Source: Callorhinchus milii
Lineage: Eukaryota
Reading direction: 5' to 3'
DNA: 64,000 nt
Assembly (NCBI RefSeq): GCF_018977255.1
Contig: NW_024704742.1
Location: 110,238,001-110,302,000, forward strand
Shown: piece after piece, positions 1-11,412 of the stretch
Position numbering within the stretch: position 1 is the stretch's first letter
How the letters are laid out: the number at the start of each line of letters is the position of its first letter
Position numbers and translations under genes: made by a program
Notes under the pieces: generated by a model
What the model was told of the DNA's origin: nothing
Databases searched by the model: none
The model's input: only the letters and a program-made list of their open reading frames with translations

Positions 1-285
1 CTTCCTTTCTTCTGATTTACACTTTCTCTTGCTTGTATTGCAGTTTCTGTCAGTACCCTGTCTGTTAACTTGACACCCTGCCTGATTCCGTATGCTGCGC
101 CAGTACCAGCAAGTCATGAGCCAGCAATTTCTCCAAAGAGTCATACTGAGCTGCCTGGTTTCTCACAATTCCAACACACTGAGCTGCCTTATATAAAAAA
201 AGACACATCTCATGATATTTCAATTCCCTCTGGCAATACTTCTTGAAAATGAAACATACTTTTCCTTATAACAAAGCATCATGTT

Positions 286-759
286 GGGGTGAAAATTGTG
301 AAATATGATTTGAAAATTGTCACCATTAATAATATTAAATAATTGCAAATTACAGTCAAGGTCTCTCGATAATTATTGACTCAACACAAGGGTGACCTTC
401 CCCACCCAACTCCTTGAGTTTGGCACAATGATTAGGTCTGAAGTCACTTGACCTGTAACTGGAGCTGACGACTGCAAATTTGGGTGCTGGTTCTCGGGAT
501 ACAAGCTTCATTCTGATTTTTTTGGGGTTCAGTTAAGTTGGTATCCCAGGAAAGTATATTTAAGTGCCACACACTGCAGCAGGCAACTCTAATAGTAGCT
601 GGAGGTGGCATCAAGACCAACCATTCTACCAATGTTGGAAGTGGTGGAGGAGGGATCAGTACTCACAACAGTGGATGAGTCATTAAACTGTAGAGTGGTC
701 CTTGACCAGAATTTTGAACAATGTGATAATTATCACCTCCACCGTATAATTTTCACCCT
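286..759. mobile_element. Degenerate palindromic MITE-like element (Harbinger-like ends)
   Basis: Terminal inverted repeat gggtgaaaatt (287-297) / aattttcaccc (748-758), flanked on both sides by tgttg (or gtt). Internal mirrored motifs gtcaagg/ccttgac and tgactca/tgagtca. Confidence 0.55.
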
Positions 760-1120
760 GTTGTAGTTATTTTAATATCACTGCAACCCATCAGAGTCTG
801 ACCTATTTCTACAATCACGTTACTCACTTGGCTGAGCAGGGCTCCTAGGAAATCTCACTTCAGATTTGCTCTGCACAGGAACAATAGCTTCCTCCTTCAT
901 CCCCCTTTCAGGCCTTTCACCATTCAGTGGATGTGAGAAATTCGGCTCAACAGCAATTGGTTGTGCATGATCCAGAGCACTAGCAGAGAGTGTTATTCAA
1001 AGTTGATTAACCGTGAATGGTTGGTAAATATGAAATAGACTGTATTAATTATTTAGCAAATACAGTAGCACCATAACTATAAAGGTAAAGAAAAAAACTG
1101 GCGATCTGAAACAAGATGTG

Positions 1121-1920
1121 GAGTCCTGTAGCTCAGTGGTTAGAGCACTTCCCTTATAAGGGAAAGACCTGGGTTCAATTCCCAGCAGGGCGAAATATTG
1201 GGCAAGTTAGGAACATAGGAACCTAGGAACAGGAGTAGGCTATTCAGCCCTTCAAGCCTGTTCCATCATTTAATTAGATCATGGCTGATCTGTACCTCAA
1301 CTAATCCTTTCAATTCCAATTTCCCACTTTCTCCCCATATCCCTTAATACCCTGACCTACCAAAAATCTATCAACCTCACTCTTGAAGGTGTGGATGGAT
1401 CCAGCATCCACAGCTTTTTGGGGGAGAGAATTCCAGATTTCTACCACCCTTTGAGTGAAAAAAATGCTTCCTGGTTTCATTCTTAAATGGCCTGGTTCTA
1501 ATTTTAAGATCCCCTTGTTTTGGATTCCCCCACTAGAGGAAATAGCTTCTCTGCAATTACCCTATTGAATCCCTTTATCATCTTAAATACTTCAACCAAT
1601 TCACCCCTCAACCTCCTAAACTTAAGGGAACATGCCTCTGTTTACCTTAACAGTAAGTAGGAACCCGGTTGTTAATCGATTGGTAGATCACTTTTCCTGG
1701 GTAATAATTGCTTAAAAAAAATTGGTCACTCAATCCCCGACTGTTTGTGGGACACTGTGTGTGCAATTGGCTGCCACGTTTCACCCACAAAATATATAGT
1801 CAATTCACTTTACATGATATTCTGTGAAGCGCTTTGAGATGTCTCAAACACATGATAAGGCGCAAATAATAATAATAATCAAATAATCAAATGCAAGGAT
1901 TATTATTATTATTATTATTA
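1121..1920 (+). mobile_element. tRNA-derived SINE (long variant) interrupted by a CR1 fragment
   Basis: Head gagtcctgtagctcagtggttagagcac...gggttcaattccc with A/B boxes. The body resumes at about 1631 (catgcctctgtttacc...), followed by the Deu-like tgtttgtgggacactg...aattggctgcc, an L2-like tail and (TTA)n. Confidence 0.85.
1209..1630 (-). mobile_element. CR1 LINE 3' fragment inserted in a SINE
   Basis: Begins with the reverse-complemented CR1 tail repeats (aggaacataggaacctaggaac) and aggagtaggctattcagccc, then a decayed end of ORF2 (gaattccagatttctaccaccctttgagtgaaaaaa). Confidence 0.8.
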
Positions 1921-3094
1921 AAATAGAAAATGCCAATAACGCACAGCATTTGATCAGCATTTGAAAGAGAAATAGAATTTGGGATGTGACATTTAATTCC
2001 CATAAATGTATTATAGTATTTTGAAGCTTTTTTAAGGCTGCGTTTAGCTATTGACAAAAATATGAAGCCGTTTAAGCTAACCAGCAACAGGCAGGAACAT
2101 TTTCGTTAAAGTCCTATCAAGAGCTGGGAACTGACTGAAATGCTTTAATGCATACACAGGATCCTCTTTAAAGTGTAAGACTTGATAGCTGCTGAAAACG
2201 CTTTGATGTTTGAGAACACACAGATGCACAAACAGCATTGTACTAGAACATTATACAGAGATCCCAAATTGTGTTTAAGCTAAGTATTTCTGAGTACTTG
2301 TCACCATTAAAACAAGTGTCAGCATTGCACAACATCTCCAGTTTTCCTTGCTAGTGTTTACAACCAAGTATCACAAGGCCTTGCAAGTGGTGGGACACAG
2401 GAGCAGCTGTGTAAGAAGATCCAAACAAAAAAACAGGAATAAGAGGAGGCCATTCAGCCTACCAAGTGTGCAGTACAGTGGTTTATTTTCCTGTCTGTGT
2501 GTTGAGTATTTATGCTGCTCTCCAGTTGCCTTCTCCTGCATGTATGTACACTCATAGGGGGAGTTAACCATCATTTTATAAACTCTTCCTGCAAACAATG
2601 CACAGGTGATACTATACTTTTTGAGATCACTTAACAACTATTTCCTTCCTTCCCTATATAAATTGGAGTTGAACTGTGTGAATGGAAAATAATGAGTCCA
2701 GTTGAAAAGTCAACCTTGTGAAAATAGTCTCAACAGCGTATCGGTTTGTCCTATAAACACAGGCAGAATAGACTCGGATTCTGCCCAGAAAAAAATCCTT
2801 TAACTTTTTACCAACCAAGATCTTTCAAAGAATTTTTTTTAATACTATCAGTGGAGTATTGTGTATGCAATATAAAATTGCATAATAAAATAATACAATT
2901 CTAGAAAGGTTAAAGCACAGAAGGATGCTGTCCAAGTAAGATTCAAACATTTTATTTTTATTTTTATTTCATGAACACTTTAAAATGATTACGATTTATG
3001 TATGGCTGAGTCTTAGGTTGTAGATATATTTATTTTTTGGTCAGCCAAAAATTTGGATGTGAGTTCTTCAGATGAGTTAAATCATGGTCCTTTT

Positions 3095-3260
3095 TGCTTG
3101 TTCAGGAGGACATTAAAGATCCCACTGCACAATGTGAAAAGAGAAGGGTTTCCGCTGATGTGCTGGCCAATAGTCACTGCACTTTACAGTATTTTCTGTG
3201 AAGTGCATTAAAATATCTTCCCTAAATGAAAGGCGCTATATCAAATGTAAGGATCATTAT
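3095..3260 (+). mobile_element. Old Deu-type SINE fragment
   Basis: gttcaggaggacattaaagatcccactgcac...gtgctggccaa...aaaggcgctatatcaaatgtaagg matches fuller copies in this window (e.g. 60720-61017). Confidence 0.65.
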
Positions 3261-3414
3261 CCCTCAGTAGAAGGATGAAGATTCAGATGACTTCAGGGGA
3301 GATGGAGTTTTTTAAAGAAAATCGGTGTGATGATAAACTTTGATAAACTTTGGAGTGAATACAACAACATTTCTTAACAGATTTTTGATGCCAACAATTC
3401 TATTTAACCTTAAC

Positions 3415-3620
3415 CATTTTGTCTCAAAATTTGAGATCATGTTAGAATTGTGGAAATTTCTTAAATTTAGGGTTAATTATGTAACCGGGTTTTCCACCAT
3501 TTTAAAAAGAAACTGGCTTCCAAATTATAGGTGAATTCAAGATTTCTCCACAATTCTGTATGATCTTAAATTTTAGGGCAAAATCGACTTGCAGGCTGAG
3601 AGTAGGTGAAATTTCGGACT
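3415..3620. mobile_element. Palindromic MITE family member (family M1)
   Basis: aaaatttgagatcatgttagaattgtgga is mirrored by tccacaattctgtatgatcttaaatttt. It shares motifs with 5705-6116, 22735-22940 and 51639-51801. Confidence 0.55.
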
Positions 3621-4658
3621 TTGAAAGTGTTAATTAACACATCAAAATTTATTAAGAAACATCACATTTGCACCTTATTGCTTTCTTTGAAATCTAATGC
3701 TGCTAATGAGCAAAATTGTGAGCAGCTAGTACTGTAAGTTTGGTGCCCATGAATGTATTCTGCATATAATAAGATATTAACATCAGTGTGGAAGCCAAAT
3801 GTAAAACGACTTTATTTGGCAAAGACCAGAGAATATAATTGGACACGACAGGAGTATTGGTATTGCACACATTTGTCTTCTCTAATTCGAGTTTAAAGTG
3901 TTGGAAACTTAAAAAAGTGATATCTGCAGTTGTTATCAGTAATAAAGAAAAAGGTCTCTGGGCTTGAAATTCTGTCAGTCGTATCATAACCGGATATAGG
4001 ACAGTGGTCCTTACATTATTTTATGGGTCAATGTAACGCATGTAAATTACATTATTTAAGTGTTTGTCTCTGACAGGCTTAAAACCTGATGCTGGACTGG
4101 TTTGGGCATCTGTTTCAAATATTCTCACGTAGTGCATGTGTTCTTATTAATAGGGACCAGCATAATGGTGAAATTAATGGCTGTGCATGCTTTCTTGTCA
4201 TAGGAAGATCTGGCACAACAAGAGCCAATGCAGGATTGGAGGTGGAGAGCTTCCAACAATTTAGGAGCTGGCAGGAGTGCAATAGGTAATAGCTCCCTTA
4301 TTTGCCCTCAGGGGCCACCACAATTACGGTTTACCTAGGAGCTATGGTTGACAAGGTAATGGCAATACAATTATCATTTGGATGGTAATGCTCCAATTTT
4401 GTATTGTTGGTAAAATTACCTTCAGTAGTCTACATGTTGATTATTAATGAAACTTGCCCTTGTGCTTCTGGTTTCTATCTTTCAGCCTCGCTTCTGTTGG
4501 CTGTTACAATGAGTTTGCTATCTGGGCTTAAGTATCAACAATAGAGTTTCTGACATCTTCAAGGAGAATGTTAGCATCCTAGTCCCCAAACAGACGAAAA
4601 TGCTTACCCGGATGCCTCCAACAATGAGAAGTGGGGATATGAGTATCAAACACAAGAT

Positions 4659-4813
4659 CAGAGTTCTTCGTCATTGAGTTCTGACGAAGGTCGTGGACCC
4701 GAGACGTTGACTCACTTTCCTTTCTCCATAGATGCTGCCTGACCTTCTGAGTGTTCCCAGCGACTTCTGTTTTTGTTTTCAGATTTCCCGCATCTGCAGT
4801 ACTTTGCGTTTTG
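4659..4813 (+). mobile_element. Penelope-like element terminal fragment with hammerhead motif
   Basis: 14-bp TSD atcaaacacaagat (4645-4658) / atcaaacccaagat (4814-4827). The body ctgacgaaggtcgtggacccgagacgttgactc...agatgctgcctgacc...catctgcagta is homologous to 21091-21186 and to the recalled shark Penelope terminus. Confidence 0.75.
4675..4714 (+). ncRNA. Minimal type I hammerhead ribozyme fold (core mutated GAAA to GAGA)
   Basis: Stem I tgagtt/gactca, core CTGACGA, stem II ggtc-gtg-gacc, GAGAC, then a GTT triplet. Confidence 0.6.
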
Positions 4814-5609
4814 ATCAAACCCAAGATAACTTTATAATCGGTAGTTTTAAAAGATTGAAAGCTGTTCTCAGAAAGTACTATGGAAAACCGAAAAATATTT
4901 GTTTTTTGAAACTAGGTCTTTAATATTGCTAAGACCTAGACTATTTGTGCAACATAACCAGCTTGGCTCTGTTTAAAATTCTTCAACATCAGTCCTCCAG
5001 CTGGGTGCGAGTTAGAGAGTTACAGTTGTCACTGCAGTCTTTTTACTACATCATTGGGACAAATCAAGTACTGGGGAATTTATTGATACAGCCTCAGATC
5101 AAAAGAGATTTTAGTGCTAATGGAGTGCTATAGTTACAATTAAAGTGCTTGATGCTGGAAGATTAGTGACTATTTTGGGACGGCAAAGGATTGGATTAGA
5201 TTTAGGCACAGGACCTGGTGTACTACATCTGAAATGAAACATTATAGGATTGATCCACTGGTGTGGGAAGTTACTCAGATTAAACAATATTATATATCAG
5301 CTCTGGTCAACTTCAGTTAGTTCACATAGGACCACATAATGTTATCGATAAAAATCAAATTTTTAAGCTCAGTGTCAGGTGTAAATTGTTTCCTTTCCCC
5401 CAGCTATTCAATTTTCTCCAACCAATCGTCCCATCATTTGTGCTTTCATGGGCGTCTGCAACTCTTTGGTACTTCATTCAAACCACATTATTCATGTGTG
5501 TGCCTAGAGATTGGGACTAAAAAAGTGCTTCTCTTGGAATTAGAATTCATCTCGTCAATAGAAAAAGCTCCCCGTGCATCTAAATTGTTTTCAATCGCAG
5601 TAAGTGCAA

Positions 5610-6290
5610 CCGATAGGCTGTTCTTTCATGGATAGGATTCCACTTGAGCCTGATCCTGTCTTCATCTAAATGTCTACCCTTAAGCACTTTCCAGCATAGA
5701 TCAAGGCCTGAAATTCCACATGCAAGCCTGAAGACCAGGATGTGTGTGTATGGGTGGGGAGGAAATTCTAATTGAGTATAGACTTAGACGTTTTTCTTAA
5801 GTTCCTAAAAAAACCTATGGAAACATGGCTTCAAAATTAAGACCGAATTGGCCAAACTGTGCTTGTCCTGAAATGTTAAGAGAAACATTTAAGTCTAAAA
5901 GCAGGTGGAATTTCTCCTTTAAGATTGTCTTCACATTTAAGATCAGAAGCATTTTGGAAATTTAAATTCAGTCTTAATTTTGGAAGTCAGTTTTCCGTAG
6001 TATTTTCTAAGAACAGCTTCCAATTAAGACTGAATATAAGAAAGTTCCAAAATTCCTCATGATCTTAAATTTGAAGATAATGGTTTTAACGGTACGAGAA
6101 TGAAAAACGTCAGGCCCGTGTAGTGATAAATCCAGGCTGATTTTTTCCTCTCCTCCTTATTTCAGTAACAGTGAAAGGCTAATTATAGCATCCAAACTGC
6201 TGCCCCAAGTTAAGATCGACTAGCTCAACACAGAGAAGGGATCAGACCCACTCTGTATAGCTGAATAACAACAAAAAGCTTTATTGAACA
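5610..6290 (-). mobile_element. AmnSINE2-like ancient SINE, split by a MITE
   Basis: gagcctgatcctgtcttcatct...cactttccagca (to about 5700) continues after 6116 with tagtgat...ggctgattttttcctctcc...ctgctgccccaagttaagatcgactagctcaacacaga. This is collinear with the recalled AmnSINE2 consensus. Confidence 0.55.
5705..6116. mobile_element. MITE (family M1) with ggcctga/tcaggcc termini
   Basis: Terminal inverted repeat ggcctga...tcaggcc and internal inverted copies of cttccaaaattaagactgaat. It interrupts a collinear SINE. Confidence 0.6.
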
Positions 6291-8182
6291 ATGCTGCCAA
6301 TGTCATCCATGATGTGAGTGTAAAGAAAAACCTAAATAGTTCCATGATATCTATTCTTACTTTGATATTTTTGTTAATTTGTTAAGGTTGTTTGCAGGAG
6401 TACATTCTGTCAGAGCTGCTGTGGAGATTCTGTGCTGGAGTAAAGGAGAGACAGCTAATTAAACCTGATGGTAGTAGCCAACTGAGTGCTTTTATCTCCT
6501 GATGGTCTCGACTCCAAAACATAACCTAGACACTCAGATTCTCTAGGCACTGGTAGACAGTTTCATTGGCACACACATCGTGCCAGTTTAAATTTCAAAT
6601 GCATTCCTGGTATGCACTGGCTTCAAACATTAAAGTGTATTTTTGCTATCTAGACAGTACAAGAATTTAATATCCACTACCCAGCCAAGTTGATGTGTTG
6701 ATTCCAGAAAACCATATAATAATATGATGAGAACATGCCCTGGCTATGATTCATACCTAGGGAACAGCACAAATCCTAAAATCTAATATCAACTACTTTT
6801 TAGGAAAGAGACATGAGAATGCCCAAAGGGAGCCAATCTAAATTTTTGTCAGTTTGACGAGCTTGTCTTTCGTTTCAAATTCTTTTAAAGTTAAGCCACA
6901 ATTTAGCTTTCATTATTACATCCTGAATAGTGCAGCCAGTTGACTTGAGATCAGGAGATGTTTGACTCTTGCTGGTGGGTCTACTTCATTCCTTTATGCT
7001 TTTTAGGTTTAAAATTTGAGTACCATATTGTAATATCTGGATGGGGGAATGATAAGAAGGACCTTACTGTGGTTGAACTAGATCAACACAGAGTCTGAAC
7101 TGGCTTTTCAATTTTTACCAGTTAATGTAACCCTGTAAAATGCAAAATTTGAAGTCTGAATCCAAAATTATAATCTGAACAGGAGAGAATTTGGCTTCTT
7201 GTGATTCAGATTAAATAGGTGGTGTGTGTATGTTCATGCACACAAAAGGACAGATGTACCATTATTTTATTTGTTGTATTCAAAATTCTCCCTTCAATGC
7301 AGATCCAGAAGCTCAATCCCAGCCCACGAATGTTGGGTATGCAGTAATGCTCTGGTTTCTTCATCATCAGTGGCAGCGCAGCGTCTGCCTGAACCAACAA
7401 ATCGATTTCTTCAAACCTACAGATATTTTTATCCTTAAAACTCTACTAGGGAAAACTATTAATGTGTGTTGTCAGGGATTGGGCCCAAGCCAAGTTCTTG
7501 CCTTTATTTGTTCTTGGAACTAATTCATAATGGAAACTATTTGCATTTGCATTCTCCATTCAACAGTGATTGTTCTTTGCTTGGCAGACCTCATTCTGTA
7601 CCGGTCAATACATTTACCACCAAAGATTGGTACATTTCAGATGAGTGGAGCGTTCCTACTCTATGTTTAAATTCAATCAGGAGAAAGTATACATTTAATT
7701 CCCTGATGATTTACTGGTAGTCTAAGAACTGTGTGCACTTCTGATTCCCTGCAGTTTTGTAACAGTTGGTGTATGTATCCGATTCCATGGTTTCTAGTCT
7801 CTAATGCAACTAAATCCTTGGCAGTCTGGTGGAGCTTTTCTCATTTATGCATTGGCCTAGTTGAAATTCAAGATTTGGATTCAAAATATTTGGTATCTTT
7901 TACCCTGAGTTAATTATATGAGAATGGTTCAAGTTCTGCTCCATTTATGCCAGAAATAGGACATTCTACTTCAGACCAGTTATGGACTCCCACTCACGGC
8001 TTTTAAAATTATTGTGGATGTGTGCAAAATGCCCCAGAATAAATTGGTCAACAACAGTAATAGCACCAGAAATTGTCATCACATTATTGTGCAATGCTTT
8101 CTGGACGTTGCACCCAAAACACAAAACAATTTAGAGATGTGCTAGTGTTCGATGCCTCACCAATCACGGCTAATGTAGTGTA

Positions 8183-8231
8183 ATTTGACATCAAACTGAA
8201 GTAGTTGGGCTACTTCAGTTTGATGTCAAAT
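8183..8231. repeat. Perfect inverted repeat, 22-bp arms and 5-nt loop
   Basis: atttgacatcaaactgaagtag-ttggg-ctacttcagtttgatgtcaaat, with no mismatches. Confidence 0.95.
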
Positions 8232-10197
8232 CAAACTGTTTTTCTTCTCTTGGAAGAAAAACCTTAGTCATATTTTGAGACATTGTTTTCCAGTATAACA
8301 TGAGCATCTGGATCTAAAACTCAAGTATAATCAAATGCTTATCCCAAGAGTGATATACGCTGTTCAGAAGGACCAAAATTTCTAGAAATTTAGTTTCTCC
8401 TTTATTCTTCAAGCCAACTTGCAGTATATAAACACTGAAAGGCAAGATTTGTTTTGTCAAGACTAACCTTTTCATCCTTGCTCCCTTTTCTCTAAATTGC
8501 CATACAATCCTCCAAATGTTGCATTGATCAGCCAAAAGTAATTGCCCCAATTACCCTTAATTTGGTTGTTTAGTTAATGCTTCAGACACAGCCAACTGGA
8601 TCTCTAGTACAGATACACTATTGCCTTAAGGAATAGTCAACTAGGTTAGTAAGTAGATGATCTCCACAGCTGAGTCTTGATCACAAATACAAAGCATTTT
8701 GTTTTCTTTTTTGTGACAAAGGGTGTTTAGTGATTTAAATCTAATGACATTTTGAGAATGTGTGCTGGTCACAGTCTCTTTCCTGATACTTTACACAAAC
8801 TACAGTAAATAGATTACCTAAAATCCACTACTTCACCTCTGACTTTAAAGTGGCCGTGGACTGATGGGCTCTGCATTATGTCAAACACTTTAGGCTGATC
8901 AACATCCAAAGGGTGATAAGCAGATTAGGACCTGATTAAACTCTTATCAGTGGAATTCAAATGGGAGAACTGCCAGGACAGCAGTGCAGACAAGTGCACT
9001 CTTCTGTTTTCCTCTGCATGTCTGTCAGTGGCACAAGGCCAGATACCATCAGTATCAGAGTTTCATCAGATACTTAACATGCGTTTAAATGTTCCTCTCT
9101 TTACAAATTAATGGTGGAGCACTTGATACATTATTTTGTTTATTCAGTAACTCATAATGTTCCGTAAATTAGTACAGTAACAATAATTTGAGATGTCCAA
9201 AGGAATGCGCTGGTTTTCTTAACAATTAGTATTTGTCGACTGAGACCTGATCAATGGTCATAGGGGGCTGATAGAGGCAATAAACAAAGCACTAGCACTT
9301 CAACAAGTTCTGCTGACTTGTTGCATTGAAGGTATTGAGGCAAGCGATTCTCTCAGCCATAAATTCATCAGCCTTATCAGTACCATCACCAAGCTTTTAA
9401 GAATATTAGCAGTATGCTACACAGAATTAGTGGAAGACTGTAATGAGTATTATTTTACCAGAGTTTTCAATAATGGTTAAAAATAATTCAGCATGAGTGG
9501 TAGGGTGCAGACTCGTGCCCGTTGAGAACCACACGTTGAGTTCCCAACCTGAACTACTATATGGAGTCATTTAGTACGGGCAGACACCTACCTACAGGAA
9601 GAAAGACTTCCAGCCCCCTGCTAGCGTCATGATCATTTCACAGCTGGCCAAAAAATCAACATATAATATATCGTGGAGATTTGAAACAGGGTGTCTAACT
9701 GTCTATAGGCTAAGGACAGGTCAAAGCACAGAGAAGTGAAGGGAAGAGAGACAATGGGACTAAAATTAGGTATCTTCAAACACCAGGCGTCACTGCACTC
9801 ATCACGATTTCTGCTTTATGACTGTGACTGGTGGTTTGCTTTGGAGTTGTTTCTCAGCTAAGAGAAAGGCATGAAAAATCAAACAGAAAAGAATGGAAGC
9901 TGGCCACTAAGCAGGCTTTGCCAATCTTCAGGATCTTCATTTTGTTTTACAATTTTTTTTAGAGACTATCAAATTTCTAAGAAATTCAGTCACAAATAGT
10001 TGCATTTTCATCTCCAACAGTCGCTGAAACAAATTCTGTTTGAAATTTCAGTTATAATATGGATGTACAAATTGCTCTTTGAAAAATCATAAGCATCATT
10101 TGTTTAGTGCTGCAGCTGGTGAAAAGCAGATTCTTAAAGATTAAAATAATATTTACATTTTCTCTTGGGCTAAACTAAAGGATTTGAATAGTCCATT

Positions 10198-10516
10198 ATA
10201 ATAATAATAATAATAATCCTTGCATTTGATATAGCGCTTTTCACGTCGGGAGGACGTCCCAAAGCGCTTCACAGAACACACTGTAAAGTGAATTGACTGT
10301 ATATTTGTGGGCGAACGCGGCAGCCAATTGCGCACAGCAATGTCCCACAAACAGTCGTGGATTGAAAATGACCAATTTATTATTGTTTTGGGTTTTGGAG
10401 GGATTATTATTAGGCATGTGGAGTAAGAAAACTTGCCCAAGGTTTCGCCCTGCCTGGAATTGAACTCAGGTCTCTAGCTTGCAAAGCGAGTGCTCAACCA
10501 CTGAGCTACAGGACTC
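10198..10516 (-). mobile_element. Young tRNA-Ala-like SINE (short variant)
   Basis: Complete head (anticodon arm ctcgc-tttgcaa-gctag), Deu-like body, tail ...gtgaaaagcgctatatcaaatgcaagga(tta)n and probable TSD tccatt. Highly similar to 59568-59871. Confidence 0.9.
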
Positions 10517-11252
10517 CATTGCCTGTATAATCAGGGGCAAGCACTTGTTCCTTACCGGTTCAAGTTCAGAGTCCTTAAAATTCAGGTATCTTTGAACTGA
10601 GACCATAGATTGATTCTGATATTGCAGACCAGTCAATAAGGTTTCCTGAAACACCAGGGAACGCAGGAATATCTATGAGCCTGGACGTATACTGACCACT
10701 GCTCCCCAGGGACTGGACATGTTGTTAACACAAAGATGAGACACATTAATTTCCCTCTTTCCTGGCCTAATCCAATTGGTCTGCCTGAGCACAGATTTCT
10801 ATTCAACAAAAGTAGATTGCCAGGTAATTGGGGGGAAAAAGATTATTGTTACTACCAGGAATTGAACTTTCTCTGCTCAATAAACTGTGCAGTAATAAAA
10901 CATGTAAGTTATGTTAGTTTAAAAAAAAGGCCTATTGCTGTGGGTTCAGTCACTGGAAGTGGATTTAATTCGGAAAGAAATGCCTAGCAGTGCTTTTCCA
11001 CATGTGTGCAATAGGATATGGACATGATGTTGCTTACATGCAGTACAAGTGAGCCCTGTGCGCGTATGGAGTTGCTATTTAATATTAGAGCTGCCAACTC
11101 CAAACCTGCGATAAGCTACACTGGCACAGAATACATACAAATGGACATGTTACAGATAAAAAGCATGAACTGCGCTCATTTGGTTTACAGATTCATTCTA
11201 CTTGGTGTTCTATGTGGTCGATAGTGTAATATTTCATAATAAGATTTCATAA

Positions 11253-11412
11253 TTCCTTAATAAGAAATTCCAGTCACCCAAATGGGGATTTCTTCCAGTA
11301 ACTGGGTAGCATGTTAATCCGAAAGAAAGGAATTGGACGAGAAGTGTGTTCTACTTCGAGACCACTGTTCCTGTAAGCTGATAGTAATTCTAAGTGAATT
11401 CCTTATTAAGAA
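11253..11412. repeat. Small inverted-repeat element (about 160 bp)
   Basis: ttccttaataagaaattc versus gaattccttattaagaaa (16 of 18 positions complementary). Confidence 0.4.

Noticed and set aside
1121..1195. tRNA gene (also at 10440-10516, 23706-23780, 40432-40505 and 59800-59871)
   Set aside because: These have A/B boxes and an anticodon arm, but they run straight into SINE bodies and tails, so they are SINE heads.
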